Source: Candidatus Methylomirabilia bacterium (GTDB taxonomy: Bacteria > Methylomirabilota > Methylomirabilia > Rokubacteriales > CSP1-6). From it: a DNA stretch of 14,913 nt. Positions 6,927-14,630 of the stretch are shown here, one piece after another (position 1 is the stretch's first letter; each line of letters begins with the position of its first letter). Location of the stretch: assembly GCA_041496385.1 (NCBI GenBank), contig JBGQEL010000106.1:1-14913 (forward strand), in the 5' to 3' direction. The notes under the pieces were generated by a model. That model was not told where the DNA came from. It saw only the letters and a program-made list of their open reading frames with translations, and did not search any database. A program made the translations under genes and the position numbers.

Positions 6927-7856
6927 ATGCCCGACATCATGCGTCAGATCGGCCAGTGCTTCGCCGCCGAAGTGCGGGGTGTCGACCTGACCCGGCCGCT
7001 GTCGCGCGAGGAGGTGACAGCGATCCACGCCGGCATGGACGTCCACGCGGTCCTGGTCTTTCACGACCAGCCGCTGGACGACGCGCAGCAACTCGCGTTC
7101 ACCCGGTCGCTCGGCGAGATCGAGCACGCGATCGGCACGAGCCTGCGCGCGCCGGACGAGTACCGCCTGCCGACCACCTTCGCCGACGTGTCCAACCTCG
7201 ACAAGGACAACAAGGTCTTCGCCCGGGACGACCGCCGGCGGCTCTTCGGCCTGGGCAACCGCCTGTGGCACTCCGACAGCTCCTTCAAGGCGGTCCCGGC
7301 GAAGTACTCGCTGCTACACGCCCGGAGCGTGCCGTCGAAGGGCGGCAACACTGAGTTCGCCGACATGCGCGCGGCCTACGACACCCTCGACGACGAGACG
7401 CGGGCCGAGGTCGAGGAGCTGATCTGCGAGCACTCGCAGCTCTACTCGCGGCAGCAGCTCGGCTTCACGGACTTCACCGAGGAGGAGCGCGCGCGCTTCG
7501 CCCCGGTGCGGCAGCGGCTCGTGCGCACGCACCCGGTGACGGGGCGCAAGTCGCTCTATCTCGCCTCCCACGCGGGCGCCATCCTCGGCTGGCCGGTGCC
7601 GGAGGCGCGCGCCTTTCTCCGCGACCTCGTCGAGCACGCCACCCAGCGCCAGTTCGTCTACGCGCATCGCTGGCGGGTCGGCGATCTCGTCATGTGGGAC
7701 AACCGCCGGACCATGCACCGCGCCCGTCCCTTCCCGGTGCACGAGCCGCGCGACATGCGGCGCACCACGCTCGTCGGCGACGGACCGACGGTGGCACAGG
7801 TCGCGCCAGATCCGCGCTTGACACTGGGAACAGCCAGTCCCAAACTCCCCGCATGA
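6927..7856 (+). CDS. TauD/TfdA family Fe(II)/2-oxoglutarate dioxygenase, TfdA-like, 309 aa
   Basis: ATG 6927 after GGGAGG. N.LWHSDSSF (HxD), GG.TEF.DMRAAYD, LVRTHP..GRK, and EHATQR.FVY.HRW.VGDLVMWDNR..MHR. Confidence 0.92.
   Translation: MPDIMRQIGQCFAAEVRGVDLTRPLSREEVTAIHAGMDVHAVLVFHDQPLDDAQQLAFTRSLGEIEHAIGTSLRAPDEYRLPTTFADVSNLDKDNKVFARDDRRRLFGLGNRLWHSDSSFKAVPAKYSLLHARSVPSKGGNTEFADMRAAYDTLDDETRAEVEELICEHSQLYSRQQLGFTDFTEEERARFAPVRQRLVRTHPVTGRKSLYLASHAGAILGWPVPEARAFLRDLVEHATQRQFVYAHRWRVGDLVMWDNRRTMHRARPFPVHEPRDMRRTTLVGDGPTVAQVAPDPRLTLGTASPKLPA
7818..7846 (+). promoter_or_regulatory. Sigma70-type promoter inside the dioxygenase 3' end, positioned for a leaderless transcript of the next gene
   Basis: Perfect TTGACA (7818-7823), 17-nt spacer, CAAACT (7841-7846), 6 nt, then ATG 7853. 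No SD is present. Confidence 0.6.
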
Positions 7857-8404
7857 ACCCCGACGAAAAGCAAACTCCTATCAGTCGACGGAAATACCTG
7901 GCGGCCGCGGGAGGCGCACTTTTGGCGGCAAGCGCCCTTCCGGCTCTCGCGAACGACGATCACGATCACGCCAAGGGCGACGCCGACGTGCTGTATGGGC
8001 ACGGTGCGGTCTGGAACCAGGACCTGCCCGGTGTCGCTGGTGATTTGAAGCTGAGCTTCGACCTCCGAGTGAACTTGGAATCAGGCGCCGGCTTCGGGAC
8101 CGCCAGTGATCCGGTCCATCCCGACTGGAACTTCCACTTCGCCATCAACACCACAGAGCAGAAGAAGTTACGCAAAGGGGAGACCAGGTACACGATGTGG
8201 GGAGTGGTGACCCTGGCCACCAACCCCAGCCATGTGGGCCTGCCGGTCCGGATACTGGCGGAGACCCAAGGGGACGGCACCGCGATCGCGATCGCGCTCG
8301 GGGATCTGGCCTTCGCCGGGGCCGGCCTCGTCGTCATCGCCATCATAGCGATCCTGATCCCCCTTCTCATTCCGGCTGTACAGAAGCTCCCGCCGAAACC
8401 GTAG
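7853..8404 (+). CDS. Hypothetical Tat-signal protein with C-terminal prepilin-like hydrophobic helix, 183 aa
   Basis: ATG overlaps the upstream TGA. Signal [24 protein letters not shown], then NDDHDH and a beta-rich core, ending [26 protein letters not shown]. Three sampled 60-nt lines are 57-60% GC. Confidence 0.8.
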   Translation: [183 protein letters not shown]

Positions 8405-8452
8405 TACAGGGCGAAAAACGTAGAGGCGGCCCTGTCTGGGACCGGAACACCC

Positions 8453-9226
8453 ATGGTGAACGTCTACGCGCTCTGCACCGGCTGGATCGAGCTCGACCGC
8501 GCCAGCATGGTCTCCGACCTGGCGCCGGGCCAGCGCTGGACCGTGCCCGTCACGAGCTTCCTCGTGGATCACCCGCGCGGGAAGCTCCTCTTCGACACCG
8601 GCGTGCACTGCCAGGCGCGCCTCGACCCCGTGAGCCGCCTCGGTCCCGAGCGCGTCAAGCGCCTGACCGTCAAGTCCCGGGAGGGCGAGGACGTGATACC
8701 GCAGCTCGCGAGCCTCGGCCTCAAGCCCGACGACGTGCGCTACGTGGCCAACTCGCACCTCCACTTCGACCACTGCGGCGGCAACGAGTTCTTTCCGCGC
8801 TCGACCTTCCTGGTCCAGCGTCCCGAGCTGGAGGCGGCGCGGCGGCCGGGCTTCGTGCCCAGCTACAGCCCGAGCCCCATCGACTTCGACCACCCGCTCG
8901 ACTACCGGATGATCGACGGCGAGCACGACGTCTTCGGCGACGGCGCCGTCGTCCTGCTGCCGACGTACGGGCACACGCCGGGGCACCAGTCGCTCCTGGT
9001 CCGCGCGGGCAAGGGCACGAAGATCGTCTGCGCGTCGGACGCCTGCTACACGCGTGAGAACATGGACCGTGACGTGCTGCCCAACATCTTGTGGAACCCG
9101 ACCGTCATGCGCGAGTCGCTGGCGGCCCTCCGCCGGCTGCGCGACCAGGTCGGCGCCACGATGTTCTACGGCCACGACCCGGCGCAGTGGGAGACCATCC
9201 CACGCGCGCCGGCGCCGGTCGTCTAG
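8453..9226 (+). CDS. N-acyl-homoserine lactonase family protein (metallo-beta-lactamase fold, AiiA/AttM-like)
   Basis: LLFDTG, SHLHFDHCGG (HxHxDH), GHTPGHQS, DACY and GHD motifs. Confidence 0.88.
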   Translation: MVNVYALCTGWIELDRASMVSDLAPGQRWTVPVTSFLVDHPRGKLLFDTGVHCQARLDPVSRLGPERVKRLTVKSREGEDVIPQLASLGLKPDDVRYVANSHLHFDHCGGNEFFPRSTFLVQRPELEAARRPGFVPSYSPSPIDFDHPLDYRMIDGEHDVFGDGAVVLLPTYGHTPGHQSLLVRAGKGTKIVCASDACYTRENMDRDVLPNILWNPTVMRESLAALRRLRDQVGATMFYGHDPAQWETIPRAPAPVV

Positions 9227-9414
9227 CCGGCCCACTTCGCCGGCCGCGCGGGCACAGCCCGCAGCGCCACCCGTCCGACGTCGGTATCTTCGTTCATGAA
9301 TAATCCGGGCTAGAGCTCCCGTACGACACGCCGGCCGGGTCCCGTCCGCCAAGCGGGGCCGGTCGGCGTTACCGCTCGGCGCCGGTCTTTCTCTCCGTCT
9401 GCCGTCTGGACATC

Positions 9415-9449
9415 TATAATCACTGAAGAGACCGGCGAGAGGAGGTGAG
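9415..9449 (+). promoter_or_regulatory. Consensus -10 (TATAAT) and very strong Shine-Dalgarno (AGGAGGTGA) serving the small ORF
   Basis: TATAAT at 9415-9420, rare in this GC-rich window. AGGAGGTGA at 9440-9448, then ATG 9453. No clear -35. Confidence 0.7.
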
Positions 9450-9452
9450 TCC

Positions 9453-9512
9453 ATGGCCAAAGGCACGGGCATGCGGAAGGAAAAGAAGAAGCCGAAGAAG
9501 GAGAAGAAGTAG
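9453..9512 (+). CDS. 19-aa lysine-rich small protein or putative leader peptide, MAKGTGMRKEKKKPKKEKK
   Basis: Below the ORF-track cutoff. Has its own -10 and an ideal SD. 9 Lys + 1 Arg, with 8 of 9 Lys codons AAG, consistent with host codon bias. Confidence 0.75.
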   Translation: MAKGTGMRKEKKKPKKEKK

Positions 9513-9518
9513 CGGCGG

Positions 9519-11306
9519 ATGACCCGCCCACTCCTGCTCAGCTGCGAGGCGGTCAGCATGGCGTACGGGACCCGGCCGCTCTTCGACAACCTGTCGTTCG
9601 GGTTGTTCGAGGGCGACCAGGTTGGGCTCGTGGGGCCCAACGGCTCGGGCAAGTCGACGCTCCTCAAGATCCTCACGGGCGTCACGACGCCCGACCGCGG
9701 CTCCCGCTCGCTCCGCGGCGGCGTCCGGGTCGGCTACGTGCCCCAGGATCCCGTCTTCCCGCCCGGGCGGACGGTCGGGAACGTCGTGGGGGCGGCGCTC
9801 GCCGGCCTGGACGAGGCCGATCGATCCGGCCGCATCGCGCAGGCCCTCGGGCGCGCCGGGTTCGCGGACGTTCGCGCGGACGTCGACACCCTGTCAGGCG
9901 GCTGGAAGAAACGGCTCGCCATCGCGCGCGAGCTGGCGGCCGCGCCCGACATCCTCCTGATGGACGAGCCCACCAACCACCTCGACGTGGACGGCATCCT
10001 CTGGCTGGAGAGTGTCCTGACGGAGCGGGCGCGCGCGTGCCTCGTCGTCAGCCACGACCGCTACTTCCTGGAGCACGTGGCCACGCGCATGCTCGAGCTG
10101 AACCGCGCGTATCCCACGGGCCTGTTCGAGACCGAGGGACGCTACAGCGAGTTCCTGGCGCGCCGCGACGAGTTCCTGCGCGGGCAGGCGGCCTATCAGG
10201 AGTCGCTCGCGAACACCGTGCGGCGCGAGATCGAGTGGCTGCGTCGGGGCGCGAAGGCGCGCTCCACCAAGGCCAAGGGGCGCATCAAGGAGGCGGGGCG
10301 GCTGATCGAGGAGCTGGAGGACAGCCGGGCGCGCGGCGCCGGCGCCACGGCTGGGATCGACTTCACGTCCTCGCAGCGCCGCACGCGCCGGCTGCTCGTC
10401 GCGCGCGGTGTGACGAAGTCACGCGGCGGGCGGCGGCTCGTGAGCGACCTCGACCTCGTCATCACCCCCGGCACGCGCGTGGGCCTGATCGGCCCGAACG
10501 GCAGCGGCAAGACGACGCTCCTCGACGTGCTCGCGGACGCGCTACCGCCGGACGCCGGCGAGATCGAGCGCGCCGACGGCCTGCGCGTGGTGCGCTTCGA
10601 GCAGGAGGCCGGGGGCCTCGATCCGGCGCAGAGCCTGCGCCGCGCGCTCGCGCCGGAAGGCGACGCGGTCACGTGGCAGGGCCGCAGCGTCCACGTCATG
10701 TCATGGGCCAAGCGGTTCCTCTTCCGGCCCGAGCAGCTCGAGGTGCCCGTGGGCCGCCTGTCGGGCGGCGAGCAGGCGCGCGTGCGCATCGCGCGCCTGA
10801 TGCGCGAGCCCGCCGACCTGCTCATCCTCGACGAGCCCACCAACGACCTCGACATCCCGACGCTCGAGGTGCTCGAGGAGAGCCTCGCGGAGTTCGAGGG
10901 CGGGCTCGTCCTCGTCACCCATGACCGCTTCATGCTCGAGCGCGTCTCCACGATGATCCTCGCGCTGGACGGCCGCGGCGGCACGGCGGCGTTCGCCGAC
11001 TACGCACAGTGGGAAGCGGCCCGGAGCGCGCCCCCGACGGCGGCGCGCAAGGCGGCGTCGCCCGAGCGCGAGCGCCCGCGCACGAAGCGTCTGGGCTATC
11101 TCGAGCAGCGCGAGTGGGACGGCATGGAACGGGCGATCCTCGACGCCGAGGGCGCGCTCGCGGCGTGCCGGCTCGGTGTCGAGGATCCGACGATCGCCTC
11201 CGACCCGGCGGCACTCCAGCAGCGGTACGCCGCCCTCGAGGCGGCGCGGACGGACGTGGACCGGCTCTACGCGCGCTGGGCGGAGCTGGAGGCCAAGCAG
11301 GCCTGA
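9519..11306 (+). CDS. uup: ABC-F family ATPase, Uup-like, 595 aa
   Basis: Two ABC cassettes (GPNGSGKS / LSGG / DEPTNHLD and GPNGSGKT / LSGGE / DEPTNDLD) and no TM segments. Linker E.EWLRRG.KAR.TK.K.RI and a C-terminal coiled coil KRL.Y.EQRE...LY.RW.ELE are typical of Uup. Confidence 0.9.
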   Translation: MTRPLLLSCEAVSMAYGTRPLFDNLSFGLFEGDQVGLVGPNGSGKSTLLKILTGVTTPDRGSRSLRGGVRVGYVPQDPVFPPGRTVGNVVGAALAGLDEADRSGRIAQALGRAGFADVRADVDTLSGGWKKRLAIARELAAAPDILLMDEPTNHLDVDGILWLESVLTERARACLVVSHDRYFLEHVATRMLELNRAYPTGLFETEGRYSEFLARRDEFLRGQAAYQESLANTVRREIEWLRRGAKARSTKAKGRIKEAGRLIEELEDSRARGAGATAGIDFTSSQRRTRRLLVARGVTKSRGGRRLVSDLDLVITPGTRVGLIGPNGSGKTTLLDVLADALPPDAGEIERADGLRVVRFEQEAGGLDPAQSLRRALAPEGDAVTWQGRSVHVMSWAKRFLFRPEQLEVPVGRLSGGEQARVRIARLMREPADLLILDEPTNDLDIPTLEVLEESLAEFEGGLVLVTHDRFMLERVSTMILALDGRGGTAAFADYAQWEAARSAPPTAARKAASPERERPRTKRLGYLEQREWDGMERAILDAEGALAACRLGVEDPTIASDPAALQQRYAALEAARTDVDRLYARWAELEAKQA

Positions 11307-11307
11307 G

Positions 11308-12897
11308 CTATTTCCCCTCCAGCGCAGCCAGCGGCGCGTAGTCGGCCACCGAGCCGTGGCCGCCCGCGAACCTCGCGGGCGCGATCCCCGCCTTCTTCAC
11401 GCCGGCGACGAGCGCGGCCAGGGGCGGCGTCAGCTTGTCGGGCAGCGGCCCGGCGCCCGGGCTCCAGATGTCGGTGACGAAGCCGAGGCGCGCCGCGGCG
11501 ACGTAGCCGATCAGCATGCCGTCCGCGTGCGGGTTCTCGATCAGGTACGCGTGGACCTCCCGCTGGCCGTCGGTGAACACCCGCTTGTCCGCCACCTCCG
11601 TGACCTCCGTGCGGCTCAGGTCGCGCGCGCCGAGGTCGGGATTGCGCGTGAACGGCGCGGCGAGGACACGACGGAAGTGTTCGCCGTTGCCCTTGCCGAC
11701 GACGATCGTCGCCCCCTGGGCGGCGTAGGCGCGCAGCCCGCCGGTGTGGTCCATATGATGGTGCGTGAGCACCAGATACTTCACGGGCTTGCCCGGGAAC
11801 TTCGCGCGCGCGGCGCCGAGGACCCAGTTCGAGTGCCAGTCGGTGACCGGCGCGTCGAACACGATCAGGTGATCGCGCATCTCGACGATCAGGCTGTGAT
11901 GGGTGCCGCCCACCGCGTGCTGGACGCCCGGCGCCAGCTCGACGAGCCGCAGCCCCGTGCTCGCGCGCGTGTCGTAGCTCGGGACGTCGGAGTCGACGTA
12001 GAGGCCGATGAACTGGCGCCGGATCACCCACTGATAGGGCACGGCGCCGGTCGCGGCCTTCGACGCCCCCGCCCTGAACGCGTCGGGGATCGCAAGCCGG
12101 TCGGAGGCGAACGCCCCGTTCACCTTGCCGTCGGTGATCTTCGTCTCCATGATCATCCGGCCGTTGAGCTCGTACTTCAGGCTCGTCGCGACCCGCACGC
12201 CGTCCATCGCCTTCCAGTCGGCGAGCACAAGATCGTAGCTGACGTCGCCCCAGACGTTGTCGTAGTCGAGCGTGCGGATGCGCGCCGGCAGCCCCGTCGC
12301 GCGATCGAACATGACCGTGAACGTCTGGTCGCCGGCGCGGTAGTCGACGGCGGGATAGCCGACGCCGCCCACCGTGACGTCGGCGACGGATCTGACGCGG
12401 CCAGGGTTCTTGAGCATCTCGAGCACCAGCAGCGGCGAGGCGCGGCGCAGCTCGCGCTGGCTGGTGGCCAGGCGCAGCCCCGACATCGCGTGGGCCGGCG
12501 GGGTCGACTCGAGGCTCTGCTTGGTGCGTCCGTTGCTGTCGATGCCGGCCACGTAGCCGGCCTCGGGCGTGACGATCTCGCCGAAGGTGAACGTGCGCGG
12601 CGCCGGGTACGCGAACTTGCGCGACCAGTCGATGCGCGTGGCGCCGGTACCGACGTTGGTGATCGCCTCGAACGCCGATTCGCCGGTGAAGCGCATCTCG
12701 CCGCCGGCGGTCATCGACTGCTCGGGCTCCCACTGGCGCACGGTGCCCCTCAGGTAGAGCGTCTGCACGCCGGCGAGCGCGTCGGCGCCGCCGAGCGCCA
12801 GGGCGGATCGCCCCACGAGATCCTGCCCCCCCTGCTGCATCGTCGCGCACGAGACCACGACGAGAGAGACCGCGAGCAACGACGCAATGCGCTTCAT
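11308..12897 (-). CDS. Putative lipoprotein, MBL-fold metallo-hydrolase with a long N-terminal beta-rich domain, 529 aa
   Basis: ATG (cat 12895-12897) follows SD GGAGGA. Signal MKRIASLLAVSLVVVS-C is lipobox-like. LTHHHMDHTGG, NPHADG and GGHG motifs. Confidence 0.88.
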   Translation of the reverse strand: MKRIASLLAVSLVVVSCATMQQGGQDLVGRSALALGGADALAGVQTLYLRGTVRQWEPEQSMTAGGEMRFTGESAFEAITNVGTGATRIDWSRKFAYPAPRTFTFGEIVTPEAGYVAGIDSNGRTKQSLESTPPAHAMSGLRLATSQRELRRASPLLVLEMLKNPGRVRSVADVTVGGVGYPAVDYRAGDQTFTVMFDRATGLPARIRTLDYDNVWGDVSYDLVLADWKAMDGVRVATSLKYELNGRMIMETKITDGKVNGAFASDRLAIPDAFRAGASKAATGAVPYQWVIRRQFIGLYVDSDVPSYDTRASTGLRLVELAPGVQHAVGGTHHSLIVEMRDHLIVFDAPVTDWHSNWVLGAARAKFPGKPVKYLVLTHHHMDHTGGLRAYAAQGATIVVGKGNGEHFRRVLAAPFTRNPDLGARDLSRTEVTEVADKRVFTDGQREVHAYLIENPHADGMLIGYVAAARLGFVTDIWSPGAGPLPDKLTPPLAALVAGVKKAGIAPARFAGGHGSVADYAPLAALEGK

Positions 12898-12924
12898 GGC
12901 TCCTCCAGTCGACCGCGGATCGAT

Positions 12925-12960
12925 CGGTCGCACACTAGCGACCGGCCCCACCCAAGTCAA
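12925..12960 (-). promoter_or_regulatory. Sigma70-type promoter whose -10 is flanked exactly by a 7-bp inverted repeat (candidate operator)
   Basis: Minus strand: TTGACT (12955-12960), 17-nt spacer, TAGTGT (12932-12937). CGGTCGC 12925-12931 and GCGACCG 12938-12944 flank the hexamer. Confidence 0.6.
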
Positions 12961-12974
12961 GCCGGTGCCATATT

Positions 12975-14588
12975 TCACACGGCGCTTTCCTCCACGCCGG
13001 GCGCGGGCGCGCGCTCGGTGGCGGGAGCGCCGACCGACGACGTCGGCTCCATCCGGATGCGGCGCATGAGCGGCAGGAACAGCGGCACCGCGGCGAACAT
13101 CACGGCCAGCAGCCAGAAGTCGTCCGCGTAGGCCAGGAGCTGCGCCTGGGCCACCGTCTCCTGATAGAGCATGGCCACCGCCCGCCGCTCGGCGGTGAAG
13201 CCGTCGCTGCCCTGGGCCACGAAGTGGCGCGCCCACAGCGCGAGGCGGCCGGTCGTCTCGGGGTCCCACGCGTTGATGTGGCTCACGAGCGTGTGCTGGT
13301 GGTACTGGCTCCGCTGCGCGAGCAGCGTCGTGACGACCGCGATGCCCACGCTGCCGCCGAGGTTGCGCAGCATGCCGTAGACGGCGGTGGCGTTGATGAG
13401 CTTGTCGCGGCGGATCGTGGCCAGCGTGAGCGTGGAGAGCGGCACGAAGATGAAGCCGACCGCGAACCCCTGGATGAAGCGCGGCAGCGCCAGCGCCCAG
13501 TAGTCCATTCCGAGCGTCAGCGAGGTCATCATGTAGAGGCTGACGGCGTTGAGCAGGCAGCCGAACGCGAGCATCAATCGCTGGTCGATGCGCGTCACGA
13601 GGCCCGAGGCGAACAGCGAGAAGACGTTGCCGAGGCCGCCGGGCGCCAGCACCAGGCCCGAGGTCCACGCGTCGTAGCCCAGGAGCTTCTGCGTGAAGAC
13701 GGCGACGAGGAGCATGCCCGAGAACATGCCAAAGCCGACGATCGAGATGAGCCAGACGCCGGTGGCGAAGTTGCGGTCCGTGAACACGGTGAGGTCGAGG
13801 ATGGGATCGGTCGTCGTCAGCTCGCGGATCAGGAAGGCGGTGAGCGCGCAGACGGCGACGATCGACATCGCGACGATCGTGGACGAGTCGAACCAGTCCT
13901 CGCGCTCGCCCCGATCGAGGACGAGCTGCAGGCACGCGAAGCCCGTGATCATGAGCCCCAGGCCCCACCAGTCGATGCGCGCGGCCCGCCGCAGGTACGG
14001 CGGGTCGAACAGACAGGCGCTCGCCAGCAGAAAGCCGACGATCCCCACGGGCAGGTTGATGTAGAAGATCCAGCGCCAGGACCACTCGTCGGCCAGGTAG
14101 CCGCCGACGGTCGGCCCGAGGATCGGACCGAGAATGAAGCCGACACCCCAGACCGCCATCGCAAGGCCGCGCTGGTGGAAGGGAAAGATCTCCCAGAGGA
14201 TCGCCTGCGAGAGCGGGATGATCGGCCCGCCGCCGAGGCCCTGGAGGATGCGGGCCACGATGAGCGTGGTCAGGTCCGGCGCGGCACCCGACAGGAACGA
14301 GCTGAGCACGAACAGCGTGGTGCAGATCAGAAAGAAGCGCTTGCGCCCGAAGAGCCCGGCGAGCCAGGCGGTGGCCGGGATGACCACGGCGTTGGCCGCG
14401 AGGTAGGAGGTGATCACCCACGACACCTCGTCGAGTCCCGCCGACATCGATCCCTGCAGGTGCGGGAGCACGACGTTGGTGACGCTCGTGTCGAGGATCT
14501 GCATGAAGGCCACCACCATGACCGTGAGCGTGGTGGCCCACTTCCGGGCGGGCGAGATCGGCGGCGCTTCAGGCGCGGGAGGCGTCAT
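12975..14588 (-). CDS. DHA2 family (EmrB/QacA) MFS efflux permease, 537 aa
   Basis: FMQILDTSVTNV, WVITSYL, FGRKR, RILQGLGGG, GPILGP..GG, WRWIFYINLPVG and RNLGGS.G; about 14 hydrophobic segments. Confidence 0.95.
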   Translation of the reverse strand: MTPPAPEAPPISPARKWATTLTVMVVAFMQILDTSVTNVVLPHLQGSMSAGLDEVSWVITSYLAANAVVIPATAWLAGLFGRKRFFLICTTLFVLSSFLSGAAPDLTTLIVARILQGLGGGPIIPLSQAILWEIFPFHQRGLAMAVWGVGFILGPILGPTVGGYLADEWSWRWIFYINLPVGIVGFLLASACLFDPPYLRRAARIDWWGLGLMITGFACLQLVLDRGEREDWFDSSTIVAMSIVAVCALTAFLIRELTTTDPILDLTVFTDRNFATGVWLISIVGFGMFSGMLLVAVFTQKLLGYDAWTSGLVLAPGGLGNVFSLFASGLVTRIDQRLMLAFGCLLNAVSLYMMTSLTLGMDYWALALPRFIQGFAVGFIFVPLSTLTLATIRRDKLINATAVYGMLRNLGGSVGIAVVTTLLAQRSQYHQHTLVSHINAWDPETTGRLALWARHFVAQGSDGFTAERRAVAMLYQETVAQAQLLAYADDFWLLAVMFAAVPLFLPLMRRIRMEPTSSVGAPATERAPAPGVEESAV

Positions 14589-14630
14589 CGCCTCGGACCG
14601 TGGTGCTGGGCTAGACGCGAAGCGGCAGGC

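Noticed and set aside
9227..9375. Several short palindromes and hairpins as an ncRNA or repeat array
   Set aside because: The GC-rich stems are short, with no recognisable RNA family or regular repeat-spacer pattern. They cannot be supported without covariance analysis.
9519..11306. Antibiotic-resistance ABC-F (Vga/Msr/Lsa/OptrA type)
   Set aside because: The linker and C-terminal coiled coil match the housekeeping Uup subfamily.
12953..12971. Minus-strand TGGCAC as a possible sigma54 promoter
   Set aside because: There is no GC at the -12 position (GG-N10-AC). The sigma70 reading fits better.
1253..13131. Many long antisense or alternate-frame ORFs (e.g. 1253-3151, 3399-4526, 8168-9685, 11176-13131)
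   Set aside because: These are expected in ~70% GC DNA with few stop codons. They overlap well-supported genes and show no family motifs.
12898..14541. 1077-aa ORF fusing the MFS region to the MBL hydrolase
   Set aside because: It is an off-frame shadow of the MFS gene. The real start at 12897 has a promoter, SD and signal peptide.
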